In this document: positions 26,241 through 38,700 of the stretch, piece after piece
How the letters are laid out: every line of letters starts with the position of its first letter
How positions within the stretch are numbered: position 1 is the stretch's first letter
Assembly (NCBI GenBank): GCA_051294905.1
Contig: CM119375.1
Coordinates: 19,530,001 to 19,594,000, forward strand
Length of the DNA stretch: 64,000 nucleotides
Origin: Botryllus schlosseri
Taxonomy: Eukaryota
Reading direction: 5' to 3'
The notes under the pieces: model-generated
Told to the model about the DNA's origin: nothing
The model's input: the letters and a program-made list of their open reading frames with translations, nothing else
Databases searched by the model: none
Position numbers and translations under genes: made by a program

Positions 26241-28757
26241 ATGGACATCCTTCCTTATTCTCTGTCTATCCTTGTTGGTATCATTTGTACGTCTGATTTG
26301 GTGCTGCATACGGCGGCGAAAGGCATGCACGGACTTGCAGATCCTGTAACAAGCAGGGCACGGTCTTTCACTCAGGGGACGCTAGGGGAACTACGGGGAC
26401 CCCTGCCTGAAGAATGGATCACTCTAAATGATACACAATGGGAGGACTATCACTTGATGAGCATTTTCAACAAAACGGCGGAGCGACATGTATATAGACG
26501 GCCTGAACTATTTTACAGCAAGTCATTTGGTTACGTAGTAGCTGAGCGTTTTTCATTACAACAAATGGCGTTTCCACATGGAAGATATTGGACAAGTGTA
26601 CAAGATTTTGAACGCACCTGTCTCTGTCAACGGCGCCTGGGCCAAATCACGCCCAATATTTCCTATGATGTTCTTAAACAAACAAACATGTTCATACGTC
26701 CAATAGGGTATTATAGGATTCGCTGGTTCTGGAGTGGGGACTATTACTGGTATCATGACCTTGGCAGAAATTACTCCATGTTTGCTCTAACCAAATTTAA
26801 ATTGATTATGATACGACTATTCGAAAGTTATTCAGCTGTTGAAGCCTCATGTCTTCAAGAGCCAATGAGAGACGGGGACAAAGAAAAATTAAGTGAATTA
26901 AATAAGTATAATGCCAGTAGCAATAGTTTTACACAATGCTGGCATCTAGTGGATAAAGATTATGCCTCCCATAGTGTTTTTTGGCAACAATACCACTCTT
27001 GGAGGGTAAAAGGGGTCAGAAAAGGAATCTGTACCAGGTGTAATTTTAGAGGAGTGATTTCTGCTCTGGAACCAAATAAGGCAGATATAATCATCCAAGA
27101 AATAGTAATGACTACAATAAGTACATGGCCGTATATGCGCGATAAGTTCATTCCATGCCGGGCCCAGGGGGGATGGATTAATCAGTACTGGTTTGAGCAC
27201 TTCTGGCCTGATGGTGGTGTAATAGCCCATTCGTGCAATTTCTGGCCAGGAATGAATACCACTATATGGGGTGATCTACCAACGACAAATTTTCCTCCCA
27301 GAGTAAAATGGATACAACCGTCTTTTCCAAATTTGGATCACAGTGTGTATGCTAATCGTGGCAATCAGGGCATGAGGTGGAATAACCTTTTTGATGGTGC
27401 GCCGACTAGGTTTAAGGCGTCTACATCAACATGGGTACCTTTTCCCAGGCCTATGTGGAAATTCTTCCCCTCTCTTACTGCATCGGATGAAGCATGTAAA
27501 AATAGAATATCACATAACCAGGATTTGTGCCGCGACCCTGTAGGAGGACGCATTTTGAAGGCAGCCTTTTGGGACCATGTTCATTTTGATCCGGAGCTAA
27601 ACCGACCACGCTTCCCAGGGGGACCAATAGAAATTAAAGGTGAATTGGTATCAAGTAATACCGCCCCACGGGGTACGCGTAGAAGGCGTAAAAGGTTCCT
27701 GTCAGGACTGATATGTCTCGTTTTTGCTGCGATATCAGCGATCGCCGTCGTTGCGACAGTTTCATCCCAGTTACATGAAGAAACATTGGATCTTAGCCGA
27801 CAAATCAATAATAGAATGATACAAGCCACGCAGAGGTCCACTGCACTAGGGAGAAAGATTAACGAACTCTCTCTTCTGCAAATAGCCCAACAACAGAAAC
27901 TGGATCAAACGATCGCTACCATGGAAATGAGGACAACGTTAACAAATAAACGACTTGTACTAATGGAAAAGTACATAGAAAGAAACCGACAAATGATAGT
28001 ACGACAAGCCACAGCATCCCTGACCTCTTTTCAAAACTATAAGGAAATGAGCGAAGCTGAACTGGCCCTTGATCGATTGGTTTTGGACGAGTTGGCTAAT
28101 TTAACTGGCAAGTTAATATTCGACTCCAGCAAAGTATATCTCACAAAAATCCGACAAGGAACGCTGCGGATAAAAGAACACGCTCAGCAATTAATAGCCT
28201 ATAGAGACGCTTACATCAATGAGACGAATGACATTGGGGTAGAGCTACGTGCTAACCGAATCAGTCTAGATCAAGCCCAACAGAGTGTGGATTTGGGTTT
28301 ACAAGTTTGGAGAAAAGATCTAAATAAGAGTGTGTACATGAATATTTCTGATTGGCGATATGAGAATATTACAATTAAGCCTTTCGAATTTGTTGGAGGA
28401 GAAGAATTTATGAATAACTTGGGCCAAACGATAGAAGACATGACACACGGTGTAGGAAGCTTGATAAAATCAGTAGGAGATAGCACAGGAGATCTTCTAC
28501 AAGATGGATTAGGTGCGGTCGGAGGAATATTCAATAAGGGAGTGAGCGGAATTTTTTCCGGCCTGGGGTCTGTTCTAATTCCAGTAATTTTGATATTGGG
28601 GGCCGGGATCGTCTTGTTTTGTGGCTGTCGTTATAGCAGTCTTTGCTGTCCTAAGTTAAAAACTGAGGTACAACGGCGAAACACGAATACTCAGTTGACA
28701 ATGCACATATCATCGGTATCGACCCCCGTTAAAACAGCCAAATCGACAAGAATGTAG
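26241..28757 (+). CDS. env: Class I fusion envelope glycoprotein (Env1), 838 aa from ATG 26241
   Basis: Signal peptide; RRRRKR furin site (27678-27695) followed by hydrophobic FLSGLICLVFAAISAIAVVA; heptad-rich region; Gly-rich membrane-proximal segment; C-terminal TM; several NxS/T sites. Confidence 0.88.
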   Translation: MDILPYSLSILVGIICTSDLVLHTAAKGMHGLADPVTSRARSFTQGTLGELRGPLPEEWITLNDTQWEDYHLMSIFNKTAERHVYRRPELFYSKSFGYVVAERFSLQQMAFPHGRYWTSVQDFERTCLCQRRLGQITPNISYDVLKQTNMFIRPIGYYRIRWFWSGDYYWYHDLGRNYSMFALTKFKLIMIRLFESYSAVEASCLQEPMRDGDKEKLSELNKYNASSNSFTQCWHLVDKDYASHSVFWQQYHSWRVKGVRKGICTRCNFRGVISALEPNKADIIIQEIVMTTISTWPYMRDKFIPCRAQGGWINQYWFEHFWPDGGVIAHSCNFWPGMNTTIWGDLPTTNFPPRVKWIQPSFPNLDHSVYANRGNQGMRWNNLFDGAPTRFKASTSTWVPFPRPMWKFFPSLTASDEACKNRISHNQDLCRDPVGGRILKAAFWDHVHFDPELNRPRFPGGPIEIKGELVSSNTAPRGTRRRRKRFLSGLICLVFAAISAIAVVATVSSQLHEETLDLSRQINNRMIQATQRSTALGRKINELSLLQIAQQQKLDQTIATMEMRTTLTNKRLVLMEKYIERNRQMIVRQATASLTSFQNYKEMSEAELALDRLVLDELANLTGKLIFDSSKVYLTKIRQGTLRIKEHAQQLIAYRDAYINETNDIGVELRANRISLDQAQQSVDLGLQVWRKDLNKSVYMNISDWRYENITIKPFEFVGGEEFMNNLGQTIEDMTHGVGSLIKSVGDSTGDLLQDGLGAVGGIFNKGVSGIFSGLGSVLIPVILILGAGIVLFCGCRYSSLCCPKLKTEVQRRNTNTQLTMHISSVSTPVKTAKSTRM

Positions 28758-28844
28758 TGCACGCATATGTACTCAAAGGATTTTACTTTTATTAATTAAA
28801 AATTTTTCATAAGTCCACAGATATACTAACTAATTTATAATAAT

Positions 28845-31800
28845 ATGAATCGTTACCTTAAATTATGGATTGTGCTGGCAGTAGCCTTAACACTACACCG
28901 AGGATATCTTCAAACTCATGGCCAATTATTGCCCCTGTCTGCTATGAGTGTGAGGTTAACATTTAATCTTACAGGATGGACAACGTTCCGGTATCAAGGT
29001 CTCAGATACATCCGCCTTAATCGACTATTCAAATTGAACGAGAGTTGGCCAATAGGTGAAACGGAAAATAATTTTCCAATATACAAAGAGACGCCCAAAT
29101 TTGGTCCAACACGAGCTAGCCAAGATCAATTGTACAAGTTATTTGCACCCTCGGGGTCTGACAAGAGGTATTGGAACAATGTTAGACAATACGAAAGAGA
29201 GTGCGGGTGCAATCGGAAACTATCAAGAATATCTCCCGATATTACTTTGGCAGCCTTTACCAGAACCACAACATATCGTCGAAAGAATAACTTTGGCTTA
29301 GTACATACATGGAAGTATGTGGTAGGAAGGGAAGAACATGGCACTATGGCTGTGCCAGGTCCGATCCTTCGGATGATATCTCCTAATGCTACTCCACAAG
29401 TTACTATACATCAACTGTTGACGGTGTACAAGTTATCAGTGATGAATATCTTGGCACAATATGCAACAGTGACAGCAAGGTGTCAGCAGCGTTTCGAAGA
29501 AATCGCGGGATGGAGAGTCAATAAAGGCGAATTTAACGTATGTGTGCACGGAGAAGACAACCAGATGCAATGCATAGGATGCTCATTTTATACAGAGGAT
29601 CTGGCAGTAAATATACTGTCCAGAGACTTTGTGGTCATGGAAATAGATAATAGCATAAGAGGATTAGGGACGAGAATGCAAGAAACTTATTCCTACAGTC
29701 AATGGCCAGTGGGAGTCAAATTACCCAGATTACATCACGACATCGTGTGGTTGAAGGCTCGAAATGAGACGGGCCCCAGGGAGAGGCCAGCAAACTTTGA
29801 TGGTCATACTTGGTTTAGATTGAGGATTTACGCCCTCCGCGAACATCTGAATAATGATACTCAACGGATAATGGGGAAGAGAAATTTTCCGACTATGTTG
29901 CAAGGCAGCATAGAATGTGAACGTAAAAAAAATCAAAAGGTTTGTCGAAATTCAATAGGAAGTTTAAAGACGGCATTGGCCTTTAAGGAAGTGTTATATG
30001 ATCCATATACAAATCAACCCGTGTATGCAGATCATAGCAATGGTCGGTTACGAATTGCATCTCCAAAACCTGCAGGTCAGGAATCTCCCCTCAAAGCATG
30101 GCCTAAGAGTCTACCCAAGTGTAAACAACCCGGTAGATTAGGCGACTTTATCCTGACTGCATCATTTAAAAGCAATGGGCAAAATACAAGGAATATGGAC
30201 TATTATCTAGCTCGCCTAGGAATGTATTACGTAGAAGCAACAAAACGGCGGTTACGCCAGTTATCTTTGCCCATATATAAAATGCGGAGAAAACTGGGGA
30301 GATTGGACAGGTCCATAACTGGTGAAGAGATGGAGTCTCTAAGTCAGGCGCTACGGTCAGCCTTGACACCTCAGAAACTGAGTAGGATAAATGAAGAATT
30401 ACTGAGCTATATGTCAACACGCAAGCTCATAGAGGTGCAGTTTCATGATATCCGGATATTCCGACCAAGTGTGGCCTACACAGCCACAATATGTGCTGGA
30501 ATATTGGTGTATACGCCTTATGCCTATAAGGACAATAACAAAATCAGAACTAACTCTGAAATGTCATTAAGTACCGCGGAATCAATAACGACAAAGGCTG
30601 TAAATTATGAAGGAACCACTCGAAAAGTACCTTCTAGCTCCGTAATGCCACGAAGTAACGCGGAAGCAATAACGACAAGGACTGTAAGTTACGAAGGAAT
30701 CACTCGAGAAGTGCCTCCTAGTAGCGAGACTGGTATATGGGTTGATATCAATTCTGTTGTAGCGACTCCAGAACCCGCTGTGACACGGGAAAAAACCATA
30801 ACAATTACTGAGGAAAATGTAAGAATGACGAATCAATACGACACTAACCACTATAACTACGATTATATAGAAGGTTACGACGAAGGAATTAGCTATGCCG
30901 GTTATGACGATAATACTAGTTTTCAAGACGCTGGAAATTACTACTACGATTATTATGACAAAGACGGAGAATATAATGTTTTATTAAAACATAGGCCCAT
31001 ACAGATAGCTTATACTACGGATTCTACAAATATTATTGAAACTACAATGGCATTACCAATGATTGAAACTCCAACATCAATTAAAAATACTCAATATACG
31101 ACTGAGTTAACAACAGATACGACAATTTCCACGTCAAAAACGTCTGCACATACGTCAGATAGTATTACGACCACTTTATCCACTGCTGCAATCACACCAT
31201 ATACTGGAGGGTTGACATCGGCTATTGCTATTTCCGAAACGACTTCATCGACATCGCTCCCAGCCATATTGACTACTGTGCATTCCTCACGCGAAGATAA
31301 CACCGGCCCAAGACCAACTACATCTATTATTACATTCTTAACTACGGTGAAAACTGTTCGTGAGCAAGAAAGACGCAGGACGAGTCCCACTGATATTTTC
31401 ACAACTGTGGAACCATCTATGGCTATATCAACAGAGATGGACACTCAGAAAAGCATTGGTATTGCTACGACAGGAGTCACCTTTTCTGAAAGTGGGTTAA
31501 CAACACGTGTACCAATGGCGAGAAGTGTAAAAGCAAGGTTACAATGGAATACCATGACCTATCAAATACCCTCAAAAAATGGTGAAATGTTAGGCTCCTT
31601 ATCCGTGCCAATAAGGAAAACATCCCAAATTACGCAGATACCTGAGTCTTACATACAATTAAGTCATCACGCAAATCAAATCAAGGACACGACACCGCCA
31701 AGAGCGCATTTCAATATGTTGTTTGATACATCACAAGTAGCAACGACAGTTGAAACGCACCAATACTTCGTCACCAGCAAGTCCCGCTCTAATACAGAAC

Positions 31801-32327
31801 CAGATAATTTAAACAAAAAGCAAGATCTACAGGTAAGAACTAAATCAACGTCAATAATTTCATCAGGTGACTATCAGAGCGATCCCACATCAGTAAGTAA
31901 AAATGATGTGATCAGAAGTTGGAAGAGTACTTCCAATAGTGCACTTTCTTCAATTACACCCTCTATCGAAGAAGAAGGAAAAACTACACTCAGTATACCG
32001 CATACCTTACCTACGGCCAGATATGACAGATTGGACCGAATTACATTTGACTTCTATGGACGATTGCACAAACTACACGAAATAGAACAAGGATATGCAT
32101 CAGGTAAAATTATTGTGGATATTAACAATAGAAAGGATTTAGAAGAATCACTTAACAATTATGTCTTGATTTTTGCGGTTAGCGTAACAACAATGGTAGG
32201 ATGTATGTATTTTTGTTATGCGAAATGCGGGAGAGTTGCAGCAAAAAATTATCTTAAAAAGGTTGTTCGGCGGAATAACCAAAAGATGTATATTACAGCA
32301 GTAACATTGCATGAAAAACTGAGATAG
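28845..32327 (+). CDS. Second type I membrane glycoprotein (Env2): Env1-like ectodomain plus Thr/Ser mucin stalk, 1160 aa
   Basis: Signal peptide; motifs shared with the Env1 SU part; ~500-aa T/S-rich region; TM YVLIFAVSVTTMVGCMYFCY; basic tail. Confidence 0.85.
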   Translation: MNRYLKLWIVLAVALTLHRGYLQTHGQLLPLSAMSVRLTFNLTGWTTFRYQGLRYIRLNRLFKLNESWPIGETENNFPIYKETPKFGPTRASQDQLYKLFAPSGSDKRYWNNVRQYERECGCNRKLSRISPDITLAAFTRTTTYRRKNNFGLVHTWKYVVGREEHGTMAVPGPILRMISPNATPQVTIHQLLTVYKLSVMNILAQYATVTARCQQRFEEIAGWRVNKGEFNVCVHGEDNQMQCIGCSFYTEDLAVNILSRDFVVMEIDNSIRGLGTRMQETYSYSQWPVGVKLPRLHHDIVWLKARNETGPRERPANFDGHTWFRLRIYALREHLNNDTQRIMGKRNFPTMLQGSIECERKKNQKVCRNSIGSLKTALAFKEVLYDPYTNQPVYADHSNGRLRIASPKPAGQESPLKAWPKSLPKCKQPGRLGDFILTASFKSNGQNTRNMDYYLARLGMYYVEATKRRLRQLSLPIYKMRRKLGRLDRSITGEEMESLSQALRSALTPQKLSRINEELLSYMSTRKLIEVQFHDIRIFRPSVAYTATICAGILVYTPYAYKDNNKIRTNSEMSLSTAESITTKAVNYEGTTRKVPSSSVMPRSNAEAITTRTVSYEGITREVPPSSETGIWVDINSVVATPEPAVTREKTITITEENVRMTNQYDTNHYNYDYIEGYDEGISYAGYDDNTSFQDAGNYYYDYYDKDGEYNVLLKHRPIQIAYTTDSTNIIETTMALPMIETPTSIKNTQYTTELTTDTTISTSKTSAHTSDSITTTLSTAAITPYTGGLTSAIAISETTSSTSLPAILTTVHSSREDNTGPRPTTSIITFLTTVKTVREQERRRTSPTDIFTTVEPSMAISTEMDTQKSIGIATTGVTFSESGLTTRVPMARSVKARLQWNTMTYQIPSKNGEMLGSLSVPIRKTSQITQIPESYIQLSHHANQIKDTTPPRAHFNMLFDTSQVATTVETHQYFVTSKSRSNTEPDNLNKKQDLQVRTKSTSIISSGDYQSDPTSVSKNDVIRSWKSTSNSALSSITPSIEEEGKTTLSIPHTLPTARYDRLDRITFDFYGRLHKLHEIEQGYASGKIIVDINNRKDLEESLNNYVLIFAVSVTTMVGCMYFCYAKCGRVAAKNYLKKVVRRNNQKMYITAVTLHEKLR

Positions 32328-32631
32328 ATATTGTGAAAATAATTACTGAATTATTGTAAAGGCAGAAGTTAGGGTTGTTATGTGTTGTGTTGTGTTCGGC
32401 CCGTTTTCACGGATTAGAGTCCATGTGAAATTAACTATTAACCTAAATTTAACTCCGTTGAAATAACATAGTTTAAAAAAATCATGCTGTATTTGTTTAT
32501 GGAAGCCTAAAATTGTACGGAATTTGAGAATGTACGAGGCAAATTTGCGGTATTAACGATGATTATACAATGACTATTATTGCGAAATACATAATTGCGA
32601 AATTTTCGGATGGTATTGCTAAGCCAAATCG

Positions 32632-32766
32632 GGATTAAGTAATGCAGTAGTGAGTAAATATGGAAGCGTTAAAAATGGAAGGATTAAGTAATGCAGTAGT
32701 AAGTAAATATGGAAGCATTAAAAATGGAAGGATTAAGTAATGTAGTAGTAAGTAAATATGGAAGCA
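32632..32766. repeat. 49-bp tandem repeat, ~2.7 copies
   Basis: ggattaagtaatgcagtagt(g/a)agtaaatatggaagc(g/a)ttaaaaatggaa starting at 32632, 32681, 32730. Confidence 0.95.
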
Positions 32767-35700
32767 GGATGGCGTAATTTTTGTACATGTTGCGATGGCA
32801 TATTGACGAACAAGAAAATTTAATTTAGTAGAAACGGCAAAATACGACCCCAATTGAGGGGTTGATCACGCCATTGCAAAACTCTTGCACAATAAGGCCA
32901 CAACTAATGGTGGGAAAGGAAGCGCTACAGTGGGTAATTGACGAACAGGAAATATTTAACTGCAGCAAAATGGTGAAATTTGTCTGTAATGGGGGGCTTA
33001 ATCATGCCGGAGTACAAAGGATAGCGACAAAAATTTGCTTGATGAATGTTCGGAAGGATGCCAAAACCCCACTTTACGAAAATAGCAAATTGCTCGTGGT
33101 GATGGGAGGTGCATGCGCGTTAACGTTCTTCCGCTCAAAACTGGATAAAACGCGGAGCGCAGGAATGGAAAAATCAGTTGACTCCATACCAGACTGTAAG
33201 GTGTTAAGGGAGTTGAGTGCTGGTAGTCAGCTTATCCATATATAGGTTGACACCAGTATTGAGGTGACTCGGGTCGACTTCTTCGAGTGGTTTGACCTGG
33301 AGCGATTCGCTTATAGGGAACGAGTGACTTGGTTTGACTCGGGTCGCATTGAGAGTCGATTGACTTGGACTTGACTCGAGTCAGAATGTGTGTTAACTGG
33401 TAATGACTGGGGTATCGAAGGTCGTGCTTTTGTTCCAGCACTAGTTGACACTCAACAAGTTTTGGTATGTCAAGATAATAGACCTGAATATAACTTGGGT
33501 CATCACGTTACAGACTGCCAATCTAATATTGCCGCGTGGAAACTGTATCAGTTATACCAAATGTTACTAAAAGTAGAAGAACTAATGCTCACCTTTCCAT
33601 AAAGGGGAGAGAGAAAATCAACGTGGTACTTATAGCTATGATATGAGACTTATATTATAATCACTCGCTACATTGATATTCTTACTATACAAAATAAATT
33701 CTAAACACTCGGTACTAATTCAATATAAACGCTGGGGTCCAACGGTTAGAATGATTAGGATTGCATGGGATAGCATGACATACGGGTATAGGCGTAAAGT
33801 ATACTACGAAATAGAATCACGACACGCCAAGATAATCCCTGTTAAGGACGTTTGAAAATACAATCATTTGAAGTAAATAATGATAGTAGATCTGGAATTT
33901 TAAGGTTTATAGTATCAGCCTGCTGTCGACGCGTTTTGATACTGTAGTTGTTCTTTACATAACTTAAATATAACAGTATTGGGTAACATAAGCGCCAATT
34001 TATGAGATTGCAAGGTGGCGGCCACCTCGTACAAAATGCTCAAACGCTAAAGTGATTTGTAATTAGTAATTAGTAATCAGGCGAATCGATGCGACCTCGT
34101 TAGAGACGTCTTCGATTTCGATACGCGCGTGTGCCAGGCGCGTAACCACGGGGATTTTGGGGTCGAACTTGCCTATTTGAAACGCGAAACCCCGTCATTT
34201 TGAAATGATCATTGGAAATCTAATATTTAGCTACAATTCAATAATTGTGTAATCAGTGTTCCGCGCGGCGGGTTTGCGAGAAACGAGTTGTCAATTAGCG
34301 AGAGGAAGCTGTGATTATCTCCCGCTGAGATGGTCGCGAAATTAGGTCATTCATTCCTGTGCGCGTGGAAAACTTCGCAAGCCTGATTTATCGCGTCTAG
34401 ATAAAGCCTGGTTTCGCAGGCCTAACAATCACATCTGCAATGGGCCCAGTTCACACTATATCATCGTTTGACTGCGCAATCACATATGCATTGGCGGCTT
34501 CGGCCTGGTGTGCACGATTTCATCGCTGACTCACACAATAGCATCTGCAATAGGCCTGGAGTGAAAGATTATTGCTGGCCTATGGCCTGACTATAGCGTC
34601 TCGAGCCTAACATGCTTCGGCTCCTATCTCTCGCGGGTCTGGCGACAATGCGGTCGGGTGTACGCTAATTAGTGATGGTATTATCTCATATTGCTTAAAA
34701 GGTGACATCGCGAAACTGAATAACATTGAATGATTCGAATGGAGGCAAACATTAACATGAGAAATTGATATCCACTAATATTGGAGCGTAATGATCAAAA
34801 GATGTGTGTCAGTACCATGTCTCGAGTTCTGGAATACGGCAAAGGTTTGAAATCCATCAAGTTAGGACATTCCCCGAATTTTTCCACTGACTACGCACCC
34901 AGCGTGGGCTGAGAAGCACCATCCTAGATCTCCTCTCCCGACCAGGAGCGCTAATATACGTTATGCTTTTCTGAAATCTAAATTATGTGCGCCCATATTC
35001 GTTTACAAAACTAGCTACTAGATACATTCGTACTTCGAAATTGTTGCACAAAGTCCTTTTTTGAGTGTTCCTTTCATTATTAACGTGATGCAGCACAGGA
35101 TTATTGGTCATAGTAGCACAAATTCTGATATTATTCGATTCGTTCGAACAGGGAACCTTCTACATTCCGATAAAATTGATTGCTGGATGAACTCGTTTCC
35201 AGAACAATATTATCGAATATTTACCCATTAGAGATTAAATAGACAATGGATTTCTATTGGTAAGATCGCGACATGCGGCTGGGAGTGGAATCAATCCTAG
35301 CCCAGGGGTGGCTAACACGCGACCGTAGAAAGAGATTTGTGCGGCCGTCAACACGTAGTTCAATTGGTATGCGTTGGCGGCCAACCCGGCCATCGACACG
35401 CAGATGGAATTTGCGAATTGACCGATGTACTCCCGAAATGCCTCGTGAACTTAAATTGGGAAATGCACCAATGTTTTAATCATCAAACAATTGCCGTGAT
35501 GCGAGTAGGTCAAAACGATGCAGAGACAATGACTGATTGCACGGCTGCGCGATTTCGCGTTTGTAATCGTCATTATTGTCAGCTGGAAGTATTATAGCGT
35601 TGTCGTGTGTTGCCTGCCAAGCCATGCGTAGTGTATTTCGTTACTCACACGGGGCATTGCGCGTGAACAGCGTTGATGTAACTGGAGATTCGTCGGACGG

Positions 35701-38700
35701 ACTGGTAGCGCAGGCCGCGGTTACACTTCAAATGATCGCACCGTTTTGAGATTCCATTTAATAACTCGACTGCATGGTTTGATATTAATGAGTGCAGAGC
35801 CGATATTAAAACGTCACGCGAATGGTTCAACTCTGCACGTACACCAGCGGTATGCAGTAAATTGTGGTTTCATATGACGAATGCAGCAATTATGACGTTA
35901 CAAGAATTCGCCGCCTCGTAAAAAAATAAAAGTTGGAGTCTATGTTGGGTAGTATGAGTAACTGCTGTAAAAAGTGGTAATTTCAATCAGCAATAGCACA
36001 ATCACCAACCTATTAAGTATCAGAGCTGCCTCACATTATGTACTGTGCACTGCGCAGGGTTGACAATAGCAGTTAGACTACAAGAAATGCCGATTATCTT
36101 TGTATTGGGCGCTACTGTGCATGAGTCCATGGTCTCTCGAGTCATTGGCCTTGAGCAACTGGATAATATCTGAGTTGATTCGGCATACCTGTTTATGAAT
36201 TGAATTTAATTCGGAGTAAAATTAGTGAGCCAATTTCAAGTCATCAAATAATCAAATGCAGACAAAGATTGTGGTATATAGCATATGTTTGGATTTTTCA
36301 CGCAAAGTTTATGGGATACATAAAAAGCGACCAATCTTTCAATGATAATGCATTTTATTGGGCATCCATCTGACATGTCACAAATATACTGGTCGCGGGT
36401 TAAGAAGTCGAAGTTTGCAGCCAATGCCATCATAAGCTATAAGTGTTTTATTTATTTTTGGCGGATATGATAAATTAAGAACGGTGCGTTTGCTTAAATG
36501 ACTTAAGTTACTTGTATGCAAGCAATACAGCGTATTATTTGTGGACTTATTTAACTCAATATATCTTCATCGGTTAGATACCGATGACCGCCCGATATGT
36601 ATTGCAGAAGACTAGTAAAGTATAATGATATAATCACGTCTTGTGACTAATAAAATCAATTCAATTCCAACCTTAGCTTGATTTGAGTCACTTTCACTAA
36701 TCAGTTGACTTGACTCGGCTTGATCGAAGGATGCGGTGACTCGAAGTGACTCATGACTCGAATGTTGCAGTGCTGGGATCGAGACGCGACCGATCGGTAT
36801 TTTGAATCAAAAAGTTTTTTTGATTTCTAAAATGGAAAGTGTTTCGACCCGGGCCGGCTGAGTCGCTCCAATTGTTGCATTCACTACATTGTGGCATTTA
36901 TTTACGTCAAGCAGGGAATACCGCTTCAGGAAATCTGATCTATCGCATAAATGGCTAACTTAAAACATGTCTTCCAACTGTAGGTACTTTATAACAACTA
37001 ACTAGACCAGTAAGTTGAGTTTACGACGAAAATAAATAAATCGCGATATTGTGACTAGGCGGAGTACAGTATTATATATGAGACAACATTATACATATAC
37101 CTACCTCGGTGATAACGGATTGTAGGTTTGGGGTGATCCCATTCTGGTACATCCATATGTATATTCCATGGGAAAGGTACGCGCTTTGCAACCTCTGGTA
37201 TATCTCAAGAATTACATATATCCCGGTTGAGGGACACTAACCTACAAGTTCCAGAAATTAACTGTACTTATACACACAACTGGCCTCACCGATCCAAACT
37301 TAAACCATGTGGCAAAGCAATCCAACAAGCGTTAGCCGCAACGAAGACGAGTAGCATGGATAGCTTCCTGTACTGTCAAAATTATATTAAGCTACGAGCC
37401 GTATAATACTGAATAATAACAATTCTACTCAAGACGCAAAGTGATTGATTTCCTTCAAAGCTTTTAAGCTACTGAGGCTAAAATATTGGAATTGTTCTCG
37501 AAGTTTTCTTAGGAAAAGTATTGCTGATATGGACATGGTAACTAAAATTGTGTGACAGGAGCCATCCCAATTAATGGTTCCTTCTAGAATACCTGACAGG
37601 ATGGAACGTTATTTGGGGTGATTCTAGTCATGCGCATTCGTATATATGAATAATAAGGGAATATAACAAAATCGAGGTTAGTTCGAGTCATGGTACATTC
37701 TCATTGACACAATAATGACCTGTATACTGAACATTATCTTTTTTTGTAACTAGGGCTAGCTCAAACGCTGATTATAAGAACTCGGCGACCTTATATAAGA
37801 ATTTAAAAATAACTGCGACGAGAATGATGAGATTGAAGTTGGTATTAATATTATTGTTTCTAATTTCAAAACAACCTATCCGCACATTCTCGACAATACT
37901 ATTTAGTACTTGACAATTCTGACATTAGATTTAATTTGCAAAACGCGCAAGTTCATCTTGGTGTATAAGCTTTAAGAAGTATCGTTGGCCGCTGTATACA
38001 GTCTATTGTCGTCTCAAATGCATAGGTGATACTGAATTAAAAAATAGATAGTCTGAACAAAACCGATCAATTTCGATATGAAAGCTAGTTTAATCTTTCG
38101 CGCACCCCTTTTGGTACTGCGGTTCTAATTTACTATGACTGATACATTGCGTATTACTAATGTAAGGAAAGAAACAGTGTTGGGAGGACTCGAGTCGATT
38201 GGAAAATATGTATTGACTCGTGTCTCGAAGAGGAATTTATAAGTTAATATCAAGTCACAAAATAAACGGTGTCAAATAAATCACTGTAGCTTGCGTATAC
38301 TCGAATTGTTGTGTTAAGTCATAAATGAATTAACCGCAAATGAAACGATCATGGCTGACGCTGCCGTGGTAATTATAGAGGACTATTGTGAATAACAACA
38401 TTTTTCTGTCTCATTAGACGACTCAATATTTACGTTGTGCAGGGCGTATCTTTCTATATTTTGGTTGACAATGCCTGACTGTAGTATTTAGCCTTACAAT
38501 TACTCACGTATTCTACTTGCGCGTGACTGATACAGTATCTGGGTGCATGTATAGTTATTTGCATATTTGACAGCTAATTCAATATAGATGCTGAAATCCG
38601 GTTGAATTGAATTGAACCCAACATGGGTGCAAGGTATTGTCTCAAAAAGGCCTGTGCTGAAGTAGTATGTTCCTCAAAAATTAATAATATTTTTGAAAAC

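Noticed and set aside
32862-33855. ORFs of 60-127 aa after env2
   Set aside because: No motifs, partly overlapping MITE-like remnants, no acceptor/poly(A) punctuation like the accepted ORFs.
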